From contig JBNMOV010000001.1 in assembly GCA_051275765.1 (NCBI GenBank), forward strand, positions 1 through 53,329: a DNA stretch of 53,329 nt. Reading direction: 5' to 3'. The position numbers and the translations under genes were made by a program. This DNA is from Maribacter sp. GTDB lineage: Bacteria > Bacteroidota > Bacteroidia > Chitinophagales > Saprospiraceae. Shown in pieces: positions 44,187-53,180 of this stretch. The notes under the pieces were generated by a model that was not told the DNA's origin, did no database searches, and saw nothing but the letters and a program-made list of their open reading frames with translations. How positions within the stretch are numbered: position 1 is the first letter of the stretch; the number at the start of each line of letters is the position of its first letter.

Positions 44187-46427
44187 ATGAAAGAAAGATT
44201 CCTGGATTGGTATTATACTTTTCCTATTCAATTGGTAGTACTCCATTTGAAAAGTAATCTTTTTTTATTATTCCTTTGGGTAATTACCTTGATGTTTGCC
44301 TTAGGACTTGTAGGATTTAGGAAAGGCTGGATGTACCTTTTTCTGACTCCAGAATATTTTGGAGAAGTAGGCTTTTGGAGTTTTACTTTACTAGGAATGA
44401 CTTTTACTGGTTTTCTAGTTACATGGAATATTACAACCTATATTTTACATTCGCCACAGTTTCCATTCCTCGCTTCTTTGCAACGTCCTTTTACTAAGTT
44501 TTTTATGAATAATGCTTTGATTCCTCTAGGATTCATCATTATTTTTCTTTGGAAATTAATTGATTTTCAATGGTCTTATGAGTGCTGGGATGGCTGGACT
44601 ATTTTCAATAATGTACTAGGTTTTGTTTTTGGTTTAATGACTTCATTGCTCCTTACGATCATTTATTTTCAATTGACGAATAAGGATATTTTCAGTTTTG
44701 TGAATCCAGACGAGGAGAAAAACCCACCCAATCTCAAACGTTCTATCCTTCCTGGAAATCGTACTTTAACGATAGAAACTATCAAAAGTCCAGATTATAC
44801 CAAAGTACGTTCTTACCTAAATGAATCCTTCAAGTGGCGACCTATTCGTATTGTATCTCATTACGAAGAAAAATTCTTGATTAAAGTTTTCAGACAAAAC
44901 CATGCGAATGCCATAGTGGTGCAGATGGTCAGTATTATTACTTTAATTATAATGGGTTACATGATAGAGAATCCTTATTTTAGGATTCCCGCAGGAGCGA
45001 GTTTCTTTATCTTTTTATCGGTCATTACCGCCTTGGCAGGAGTACTAAGTTATTGGCTGCACAAATGGACGTTTCTCTTCACATTAGTCTTGATTGTATT
45101 TATTAATACACTGACTAAACACGAAATTATAGATCCAAAAAATAAAGCATTCGGATTAGTTTATGATAGGGAACAGGTGGAATATACCTATGATAAAATG
45201 AAAGAAATTCATTCACGAGAAAACATAGAAAAAGATAAAGTAGAAACCATTAGTATCCTAAATAAATGGAAAGCAAAACAACCTAAAAGTAAGCTGAGGA
45301 AAAAACCTAAAATGGTTATCATAGGAACAAGTGGCGGTGGACTTCGTGCTTCACTCTGGACAATGCAGGTTCTCCAAAAAGCTAATGAAGCCACTGCAGG
45401 AAGATTTATGGATAATACGACATTGATTACTGGAGCATCTGGAGGAATGATCAGTGCAGCGTATTATAGAGAATTAATGTTAAGGAAAAAGCAAGGAGAA
45501 GATATAGATTTGGCGAGTCAAGAATATCTGGATAATACTGGTCTCGACTTGTTGAATGCAGTGATATTTACCTTAGTTACTAATGATATTTTCATGCCTT
45601 GGGGTAGATTTGAGGAAAATGGACAGAAATACCCAAAGGATAGAGGATATATCTTTGAATGGCAACTCAATCAAAATTTGGATAACGGTCTGGATAAAAA
45701 ATTAGGCGATTATAGAGAACCAGAACTCAATGCGGATATTCCTATGATGTTCCTCGCTCCAGCTATCGTGAATGATGGCAGAAAATTATTGATATCTCCT
45801 GTAGGAGTTTCTTATATGGCGACTCCACCTCATGGTCCTGATTATCGAGAGATAGGTAGTGATGCCATAGATTTTAGGAAACTAATGCAAGGAAACGATC
45901 CAGATAGCCTAAGATTTTCGACAGCCATTCGTGCTAATGCTTCTTTTCCTTATATTTTGCCTAATGTATCATTACCCACAGAGCCTAGAATAGAACTGGC
46001 AGATGCTGGTTTTATGGATAATATGGGACTGAATTCTGGACATCGCTTTGCTCATGTATTCGAGGAATGGATAAAAGAAAATACAAGTGGAATCGTCTTT
46101 GTAGTCATTAGAGGTTCTGATCCACAGGATAAGCCTATTTCTGAAAGACAAGGATTTGTAGAATCTGCCATTAATCCAGTCAGGATTATGAGAAGGATTG
46201 TTGATATACAAGATTTTGAACAAGATAATTTACTGAGTTATACCTTAGATATGTTTGGAGAGGATTTCATAGAATTTATTCCATTCTCATACAAAGAAGG
46301 AAACGACAGTAATCCAGCATCCATGAGTCTTCATTTGACAGAAAGAGAAAAGATAGATGTGATCAATTCTTTTTATCATCTTGACAATCAAGAAAGTCTT
46401 AAACGATTGAAAGATGCGTTGAGGTAA
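44187..46427 (+). CDS. Membrane-anchored patatin-like phospholipase
   Basis: About 300 aa with ~7 TM helices, then the oxyanion GTSGGGLRAS, the nucleophile elbow GASGG and the catalytic Asp in LADAGFMDN. Confidence 0.75.
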   Translation: MKERFLDWYYTFPIQLVVLHLKSNLFLLFLWVITLMFALGLVGFRKGWMYLFLTPEYFGEVGFWSFTLLGMTFTGFLVTWNITTYILHSPQFPFLASLQRPFTKFFMNNALIPLGFIIIFLWKLIDFQWSYECWDGWTIFNNVLGFVFGLMTSLLLTIIYFQLTNKDIFSFVNPDEEKNPPNLKRSILPGNRTLTIETIKSPDYTKVRSYLNESFKWRPIRIVSHYEEKFLIKVFRQNHANAIVVQMVSIITLIIMGYMIENPYFRIPAGASFFIFLSVITALAGVLSYWLHKWTFLFTLVLIVFINTLTKHEIIDPKNKAFGLVYDREQVEYTYDKMKEIHSRENIEKDKVETISILNKWKAKQPKSKLRKKPKMVIIGTSGGGLRASLWTMQVLQKANEATAGRFMDNTTLITGASGGMISAAYYRELMLRKKQGEDIDLASQEYLDNTGLDLLNAVIFTLVTNDIFMPWGRFEENGQKYPKDRGYIFEWQLNQNLDNGLDKKLGDYREPELNADIPMMFLAPAIVNDGRKLLISPVGVSYMATPPHGPDYREIGSDAIDFRKLMQGNDPDSLRFSTAIRANASFPYILPNVSLPTEPRIELADAGFMDNMGLNSGHRFAHVFEEWIKENTSGIVFVVIRGSDPQDKPISERQGFVESAINPVRIMRRIVDIQDFEQDNLLSYTLDMFGEDFIEFIPFSYKEGNDSNPASMSLHLTEREKIDVINSFYHLDNQESLKRLKDALR

Positions 46428-46430
46428 ATC

Positions 46431-46560
46431 GCTAACGTTTAGTAAATTTGCAAAGTTTGCTAAACGTAGGTAGGGAACAAACCTTAATAAATAAACGAAC
46501 GAACCCTAATTTTAACATTTTTGTGAACCTTACGTTTAGCAAACCTTTTAGTTTTACCAA
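46431..46560 (+). repeat. Composite intergenic repeat element (family shared with 38795-38992)
   Basis: An inverted repeat GTTTGCTAAACGTAGGT (46455-46471) / ACCTTACGTTTAGCAAAC (46527-46544). It shares the 13-mer AATAAATAAACGA (46487-46499, identical to 38805-38817) and a 26-mer at 46535-46560. Confidence 0.6.
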
Positions 46561-46589
46561 ACATATAGAATACCTAACGAACCTTTATC

Positions 46590-48179
46590 ATGCGTAACGA
46601 ATTTATAGTATTCTCCATTATTTCCATATTGGCAATAAGCTTAATTTCTTATTTTTTGTGGACGCCATTCTGGTGGGCATTTGTTGGTTTTGGACCTATT
46701 ATCCTATTAGGATTATATGATATATTACAGAGGAAACATGCTCTTCTGCGAGTATTTCCACTATTAGGTAGAGGACGATATTGGATGGAATTTTTAAGAC
46801 CTAAATTGTATCAATATTTTATAGAATCCGACACGAATGGAAGACCATTGAACAGGGTAAATAGATCTGTTGTATATCAACGAGCAAAGAAGGAATTAGA
46901 TACGGTTCCTTTTGGTACGCAAATGGATGTTTATGAAGAAGGCTATGAATGGGTCAATCATTCCATAGGAGCATTAGACGCTCATAATTTACCTGTCAAT
47001 CCTAAAGTGCGAGTAGGTGGCAAAGATTGTACGCAACCTTATGATTTGAGTTTATTGAATGTATCTGCGATGAGTTTTGGTTCATTGAGTAAGAATGCGA
47101 TCATGTCATTAAATGGTGGAGCGAAGATTGGTAATTTTGCACATAATACAGGCGAAGGAGGTATCAGTCCATATCATACCAAATTTGGAGGAGATTTGAT
47201 TTACCAATTAGGAACAGGATACTTTGGTGCAAGAGCAGATGATGGCAATTTCTCTCCAGAGAAATTCAAAGCACTCATGGGTAATACGCCAAGTGTAAAA
47301 ATGATAGAGCTCAAACTATCACAAGGAGCAAAACCTGGACATGGAGGTATTTTGCCAGCTAAAAAGAATACAGAAGAAATTTCTAAAATACGTGGTGTTG
47401 AAAAAGGAACGGATGTAAATTCGCCACCTTTTCATAAGGCATTTAATACCCCAAAAGGCTTATTGGAATTCATACAGCAACTTAGAAAATTATCAGGAGG
47501 AAGACCTGTAGGTTTCAAATTATGTGTTGGTAAAAAGAGTGAATTTATTGGCGTATGTAAAGCGATGATAGAAACAAATATCTTACCTGATTTTATTACA
47601 GTAGATGGTGGAGAAGGAGGAACTGGTGCAGCACCTTTTGAATTTTCTAATTCTGTAGGAACGCCTTTCAAAGATGGTCTGACTTTCGTTCATGATGCTT
47701 TGGTAGGCTTTGGATTGAGGAGTCAAATCAAACTCATTGCGAGCGGAAAAGTGATGACAGGATTTCATATTTATCGAGCATTGGCATTAGGAGCAGATGC
47801 TTGTAATTCTGCTCGAGCGATGATGCTCGCATTAGGTTGTATTCAAGCATTGGAATGCAATAAAAATTCATGTCCTACGGGAGTTGCTACACAAGATCCA
47901 GAATTGGTAGCAGGATTGGTGGTGAGTGATAAAAAACAGCGTATTGCTAATTATCATGAACAAACGGTAGAAGGTTTTGTAGAATTAATGGCGGCTACAG
48001 GAATTACGGATTTGAAAGATATTAATCGCTCTACGGTTTGTAGAAGAGTGAGTACGATAGAAACAAAGAGATATGATGAGATTTTTCCTGAAGTAACTGG
48101 CAGATCTCTATTAGATAAATCTACTGTGCCTAGCGATTGGCAATATGATTGGAAAGCGGGGAGTAGTGATAGGTTTTAG
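46590..48179 (+). CDS. FMN-binding glutamate synthase family protein (GltB domain-2-like), membrane-anchored
   Basis: Two N-terminal TM helices, then KLSQGAKPGHGGILPAKK, VDGGEGGTGAAP and a C-terminal CNKNSCPTGVATQDP motif, typical of this family. Confidence 0.8.
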   Translation: MRNEFIVFSIISILAISLISYFLWTPFWWAFVGFGPIILLGLYDILQRKHALLRVFPLLGRGRYWMEFLRPKLYQYFIESDTNGRPLNRVNRSVVYQRAKKELDTVPFGTQMDVYEEGYEWVNHSIGALDAHNLPVNPKVRVGGKDCTQPYDLSLLNVSAMSFGSLSKNAIMSLNGGAKIGNFAHNTGEGGISPYHTKFGGDLIYQLGTGYFGARADDGNFSPEKFKALMGNTPSVKMIELKLSQGAKPGHGGILPAKKNTEEISKIRGVEKGTDVNSPPFHKAFNTPKGLLEFIQQLRKLSGGRPVGFKLCVGKKSEFIGVCKAMIETNILPDFITVDGGEGGTGAAPFEFSNSVGTPFKDGLTFVHDALVGFGLRSQIKLIASGKVMTGFHIYRALALGADACNSARAMMLALGCIQALECNKNSCPTGVATQDPELVAGLVVSDKKQRIANYHEQTVEGFVELMAATGITDLKDINRSTVCRRVSTIETKRYDEIFPEVTGRSLLDKSTVPSDWQYDWKAGSSDRF

Positions 48180-48191
48180 GAACTAATTATT

Positions 48192-48230
48192 AAAAACCCA
48201 CAGGATCGAAAATTCAATCCTGTGGATTTA
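48192..48230. terminator. Bidirectional terminator between convergent genes
   Basis: A 9-bp stem CCACAGGAT/ATCCTGTGG with an A-run upstream and T-rich sequence downstream. Confidence 0.65.
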
Positions 48231-48273
48231 ATGAAAATTTAGGAGATATCATTCATATACCAAGCATTTTTGC

Positions 48274-49503
48274 TTAATCATTTCTTCCATTATTCAATTT
48301 AATGATAGGCTTTTGAGCTTCTAACTTTGCAGCAGATTCAATAACTGGTGCATTCTCATCATCTTGATTAGAGATCTGAGGTGTTGTATTTTCAGCATGA
48401 TTATGATTATGTTCTGCCTCAGCAGACATTCCTTCCTCTTGAAGATGGCTAGTAATCAAACTAACTTGCTCTTTCAATAGATCTAACTCAGTTCTTAATT
48501 GAGTAATTTCTTCATTCTTTACATCTAGTTTTGCTTGTTGCTCTTGAACAGCTTGAATCAAAACAGGAACTAGTTTGATGTAATTCACGCCTTTTAATGC
48601 AATCTTTTCTCCATTGAGTTCTACAATAGAATGCTCCTTGCTGATAGCTTCTGGTACGATTACTTCTACTTCCTGAGCAATCAAACCAATTTGATCATTT
48701 GTAGGTAAATTCAGATTTTTAAAATTCCCTGCATCATACTGATATTTCTTAGCAGATAATTGCATCACTTCCTTTAATCCATAATCAGAATCTTCGATAT
48801 TCTTTTTAATTCTTCTGTCAGAAAGAACATAGATATCGCCATTGATGGCAGCATCTCCATTCACATAGAATTTTTGAGTTTGATCAACATCAGTTCCTAT
48901 AGTAACTGTACCATCTGCTTGAATGACAATTGCATCATCAGTACCTGCACCAGCTCTAATCCTAAAAGGTAATGCACTACTATTAGTAGCATCCCTAATA
49001 AAAAAATTGGTCTCGTTTCCAGCTACATCCCAAGTTTGAGGCGTAAAACCACTAGTTCCGTCTTGTTCTAAGCGTATAATAGGAGTGTCTCCATTAGCTA
49101 TATGCATTTCCACTAGAGGACTGGCAGTTCCTATACCAATATTCCCAGCACTACTCATGAAAAATGAATTGGCGGGAGCACCAGCGGATAGCTTAAATAT
49201 GCTTCTCCCTGCAGTAGCATCATCAATACTGAAGTAATTAGCACCACCATTGTCTGAATCATTGATGGTAATACGCCAGTCATTGGCTGCAAAACCAGCA
49301 GATGCTGATGTATCATCAAAATGGATTCTTAGATTGTTTTCCACAAATCTCTGGCTGTCAAATCCATAAGTCGGATTAGTGGGACAGTCTATTCCAATGC
49401 ATTGACTACCTGTAATAGTAACATCAGTCGCATGGGTTTGGGATTTTAAAGTCCCAAAGCATAGCATAAAAGCTGCTGTAAATGTTAAGAAATGTTTTCT
49501 CAT
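48274..49503 (-). CDS. Secreted tail-fibre-domain protein with C-terminal peptidase S74 intramolecular-chaperone domain
   Basis: Signal peptide and a Gly/Ala/Asn-rich beta-helical N-terminal half. Then LSDRRIKKNIED...IGLIAQEVEVIVPEAI...VNYIKLVPVLIQAVQEQQAKL (Ser228/Lys233 dyad spacing as in endosialidase chaperone domains), a coiled coil and a His-rich tail. Confidence 0.8.
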   Translation of the reverse strand: MRKHFLTFTAAFMLCFGTLKSQTHATDVTITGSQCIGIDCPTNPTYGFDSQRFVENNLRIHFDDTSASAGFAANDWRITINDSDNGGANYFSIDDATAGRSIFKLSAGAPANSFFMSSAGNIGIGTASPLVEMHIANGDTPIIRLEQDGTSGFTPQTWDVAGNETNFFIRDATNSSALPFRIRAGAGTDDAIVIQADGTVTIGTDVDQTQKFYVNGDAAINGDIYVLSDRRIKKNIEDSDYGLKEVMQLSAKKYQYDAGNFKNLNLPTNDQIGLIAQEVEVIVPEAISKEHSIVELNGEKIALKGVNYIKLVPVLIQAVQEQQAKLDVKNEEITQLRTELDLLKEQVSLITSHLQEEGMSAEAEHNHNHAENTTPQISNQDDENAPVIESAAKLEAQKPIIKLNNGRND

Positions 49504-49567
49504 GTCAGTTGGTTTAAAAATTAAAAAATGATGGCTTATTATGTCAAAAATGTTTAGAAATAAATCC

Positions 49568-52500
49568 TTATTTCATTTCTATGTAATGTGTTTGATTGAT
49601 TTCTAATGTCTTGATATATTGTGTCTTGCCATTAGGCCATTGAATTTCTAGACTAGGTTTTTTATTGTTATCCCCTAGTCCAAAATAGAGCGTTTTAGGA
49701 TGCACAGATAGATAGCCTGTGGTACTATGGATTTCTTTCCAATAGGTATTTCCGTCAGCTGTTTTTAAAATAATTTTAGCACCTATAGCATCTTTATTGA
49801 CCTTTTGCTCTGGATTACCTATCAGTTGGATAGCCACCCAATTGGCTTTGTTCTTTTCTGAATGATTTTCAAAGAGTTTAGCACTGCCTTGATAGTCATT
49901 GATAATAATATCTAAATCTCCATCTTGATCCATATCTAGATATGCTGCTGAACGAGATGTTCCCTTAAAAGAAAGTGGTGAAAGAGAATCGTTAACCACT
50001 TCCAAAAGACCCCCTTTATTTTCAAAGAGGATATTGGCTTCTGCATTACTATTGGCGAAGGTTACACTTTTGTTTTTACTGCCTTCATTTTCAAAATAAG
50101 CGTTTTTAGATCCATATACACTGTATGGATTCATGCCTGTAAGACAATATAAATCTTCATCTCCGTCATTATCATAATCAAAGAAATCAGCATCCCAAGA
50201 CCAGCCTGTAGCAGAATATCCTCTACCTATATCTTTAGATAAATCATAAGTAGGATGCGACTTTTCTCCTCTTTTGGAAATGAATAAATCATTGGCTTCT
50301 ACTACTCGCATTGTCGCTAATGTATTGGCATTAAAATGAGCTTTGGTGTCAGCGTTAGGAGATACATATTTATCATCTTTATCCATGACAACTATATTAG
50401 AAATATAGAAATCAGGTAGTTGATCTTGATTGAGATCTGCTATACCAATATTCATAGTATAGGAAGGTTTATCTGTTCCCATTTCTAAGCTATGATCGCT
50501 GAATGTACCATCTTGATTATTGATATAATAGGCATTTGTACCAAAATCATTACCTACGATAATATCTTGCCATCCATCTCCATTAATATCTGCATGTCCT
50601 ACCGCTTGAGTCCAACCGTTATTTTGTAGTCCAGATTTTTCAGATACATCTTCAAACTTGAAATCACCTTTGTTTTGTAATAAAACATTGGGTAAGCCAT
50701 TCGTATTGTGACGTTTAAGGGTAGGGAGTTCGCCAGCTGGATAGTTACCAAAATAACCAATGTAAATATCCAATAAGCCATCATTATTGACATCTAAAAC
50801 AGTTGCTGGACCACCAATCAAATTTTTCCCACCTAGATTTGCCTTGTCTGTTACATCTTCAAAAGTATTATCTCCGTTATTTCTATATAGGCGATGCACA
50901 TCATTGGCGTAAGTAATCAAAATATCTTTCCAACCATCGTTATCAAAATCATTGATAATAGGTTGTCTAGGTTCTCCATGAGTGCCATCTAGACGTTTCC
51001 AATCCAAACCAGCAGATAACGTAATATTCTTAAATCCTTTTCCTTTTTGATTAATCAATAGTTGGTTTCCTTTTCCACTCAATAAAAGAATATCTGTCCA
51101 GCCATCATTATTAATATCTTCAGCGGCTACTCCTCCACCTCCAAAAGCAGGAGGAATGGCTAATCTGGCGAGTTGTTCATCTTCCTTGATTATATAACTT
51201 CTAATCAAGCGATTCAGCCAGTCTGAATTACGATGCTCAAATGAGATGCCATACATGTCTGTAACATCTGTAAATGTTGTCTGACTAGTTTTTACTTTTT
51301 TGTTGGGTTTAGATACGATAGGATTCTTATTTTCTTGTTTTTCAGTCTCGTTGTGTACAAGGATTTTGGACTGAATAAGTAACATCGCATTATAAATATC
51401 ATTTTGGGATAATACTTCTCTTTTTGCTTTTTTGGTTTCTTCTCCTGCTAATCTGAATACCAATAAGGAAAATTGGGCAATAGCTTCTGCAGACATTTCC
51501 ATGGCGAATGGATCCATAGGAATTTCCATACTTTCTGAAAAATCCTCTAAAGTAAATTTCAGGTATTGCCAATGAATACCATTATCTCTCAGTGCATCTA
51601 AATCATAGGCTTCGATGGTTATCGTTTCTTTTGTACCTAAACGATGAAAGTAAGTTACGTCCTCAAAATTATTAATCGTATGAGGAAGATAGGATTGGAC
51701 TACTTCATAAATATCATCATATTCAATAGCTTTTTTCTGCTGAGAAAGAGCTTTGCTGTGAGCATCTTGCACAAGTGTTAAAGCAAATGCGATGGTGGTT
51801 TCTGTAAAGTAATTTTTTAAGGCTATGGATTCATCCTTTTCTGTAGGCCAACGTACTTTGGCAAAATATACTTGGATATTTCGCAAGAATACAGCTTGGC
51901 TAATTTGATTGTAGCTTTTGTAAGATTCCAATTTTTTTTGAATGATTTCAGAATGGAATGTCTGTGGATTTATAGGTGTAGCAGTCGTGGATTTAGGTTT
52001 AGTTGGTTTGATATTTTCTTGAAATTGAGGTATCAATCTGCTGAATGCAGATTGTATGTGTTGGAGTTCAATATTGGGACTATTATCTTTTCTAGCTAAT
52101 ACATCTGATTGCTGTAGCAATGAAATGATGAAAATATCTAAGGTTTCTTTGAATAGTTGGAGCGTCTTATCATTGAGTGTGCAATATTTTTCATTGCTAA
52201 AAAGAGCTGCTTGATTGACGGAAAGAATAGCTCTCAAAGTATATGCTACAGAACTATATTGTCTATAATCTCTTTGACTGATTTGAATGGTCGTTTTAGG
52301 GAATTGGACAGTAATTCCTTTTTCTGAATTTTTATATGAAAAATAGGGATCTAGTACAGCATTAAAAACTTGAATAGAATCTGAGAAATTCTTTGATATT
52401 TCGAGTGCATGACTGTATTCTAACCAGAGCTGTTTAACAATTTTCTTTTGGATATTGATACGCTCATTTCTAGCTTCAAAACTAAGTGGAGTGCCATACA

Positions 52501-52726
52501 TAAAGTCTTCTAGTCGAGAAGCTGTAGCATGACATTTGGGATCTCGTTGTCCTTCTAGCTCTGAAATATGACCAATAATGAGGTTGCCTTTTTCTTGTGC
52601 ATAAGTGAAATTGATGTCACATAAAAGCATGACAATAAATAAAGAAAACAAGAATGATTTCCTTAAAAAAAAATTACTTACAATAGGTTTAGAGGATGAA
52701 TTTTTTCCTCGAATTAAATTTTTCAT
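49568..52726 (-). CDS. Secreted FG-GAP/VCBS repeat protein with C-terminal ASPIC/UnbV domain (CRTAC1-like) and an unassigned ~440-aa N-terminal extension
   Basis: Signal peptide. From aa ~485 there are repeated D.N.DG..D(I/L) calcium-binding FG-GAP loops (DINNDGWTD, DFDNDGWKD, DVNNDGLLD, DINGDGWQD, DYDNDGDED, DMDQDGDLD), followed by IGAKIILKTADGNTYWKEIHSTTGYLS...LYFGLG (UnbV_ASPIC-like). Confidence 0.75.
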   Translation of the reverse strand: MKNLIRGKNSSSKPIVSNFFLRKSFLFSLFIVMLLCDINFTYAQEKGNLIIGHISELEGQRDPKCHATASRLEDFMYGTPLSFEARNERINIQKKIVKQLWLEYSHALEISKNFSDSIQVFNAVLDPYFSYKNSEKGITVQFPKTTIQISQRDYRQYSSVAYTLRAILSVNQAALFSNEKYCTLNDKTLQLFKETLDIFIISLLQQSDVLARKDNSPNIELQHIQSAFSRLIPQFQENIKPTKPKSTTATPINPQTFHSEIIQKKLESYKSYNQISQAVFLRNIQVYFAKVRWPTEKDESIALKNYFTETTIAFALTLVQDAHSKALSQQKKAIEYDDIYEVVQSYLPHTINNFEDVTYFHRLGTKETITIEAYDLDALRDNGIHWQYLKFTLEDFSESMEIPMDPFAMEMSAEAIAQFSLLVFRLAGEETKKAKREVLSQNDIYNAMLLIQSKILVHNETEKQENKNPIVSKPNKKVKTSQTTFTDVTDMYGISFEHRNSDWLNRLIRSYIIKEDEQLARLAIPPAFGGGGVAAEDINNDGWTDILLLSGKGNQLLINQKGKGFKNITLSAGLDWKRLDGTHGEPRQPIINDFDNDGWKDILITYANDVHRLYRNNGDNTFEDVTDKANLGGKNLIGGPATVLDVNNDGLLDIYIGYFGNYPAGELPTLKRHNTNGLPNVLLQNKGDFKFEDVSEKSGLQNNGWTQAVGHADINGDGWQDIIVGNDFGTNAYYINNQDGTFSDHSLEMGTDKPSYTMNIGIADLNQDQLPDFYISNIVVMDKDDKYVSPNADTKAHFNANTLATMRVVEANDLFISKRGEKSHPTYDLSKDIGRGYSATGWSWDADFFDYDNDGDEDLYCLTGMNPYSVYGSKNAYFENEGSKNKSVTFANSNAEANILFENKGGLLEVVNDSLSPLSFKGTSRSAAYLDMDQDGDLDIIINDYQGSAKLFENHSEKNKANWVAIQLIGNPEQKVNKDAIGAKIILKTADGNTYWKEIHSTTGYLSVHPKTLYFGLGDNNKKPSLEIQWPNGKTQYIKTLEINQTHYIEMK

Positions 52727-52907
52727 TTATCCTTAAATAAAATAACAATAGAGTCTATATAATAGCTAGGTTCTATTTGATTACTATCAAATATGAACGA
52801 TGGGCTGTTAGGATTAATTATGTTTGGATTAAAAGAAAAGGGTAATAGTATGTAAACGTGTGTATGTTTTATGTTGTTACAATATAGGAATTATTTTTAA
52901 ATTTTAG

Positions 52908-53180
52908 TCACAAAAAGATAGGTGTTGGGATGTCACCAGAGAAGCACCCACTCCTAAATCTTTAAAGAGCGTTATAGATTTTGAAGATTATAAAAATATA
53001 GATGGTGTTTTTATTCCATTTAAACAGTCTGTCCAAATGGGTAAACCAAAGAATCAAACAATAAAGTATATCCATCAAGTTACTATTACTAAATTTGAGT
53101 GGGACAATTTCCCTCTTTCAGACATACGATCATTTTCTGAAATTGAAGTAGTCGGAGATGATAAACTATACAAGAATTAA
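52908..53180 (+). pseudogene. Possible 3' gene remnant (open frame without usable start)
   Basis: A stop-to-stop frame encodes ...DVTREAPTPKSLKSVIDFEDYKNIDGVFIPFKQSVQMGKPKNQTIKYIHQVTITKFEWDNFPLSD...KLYKN. There is no start codon near its 5' end, and AT-rich junk lies upstream. Confidence 0.25.

Noticed and set aside
44187-46427. Patatin-like phospholipase as a CBASS or other abortive-infection effector.
   Set aside because: There is no adjacent nucleotidyltransferase/cyclase, SAVED/STING-type sensor or other defence gene. The neighbours are housekeeping-type membrane enzymes.
48274-52726. A prophage or phage-tail-like particle (tailocin, eCIS) interpretation of the tail-fibre-domain gene.
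   Set aside because: No sheath, tube, baseplate, capsid, terminase, portal or lysis genes are in the window. Both proteins carry Sec-type signal peptides, which phage structural proteins lack.
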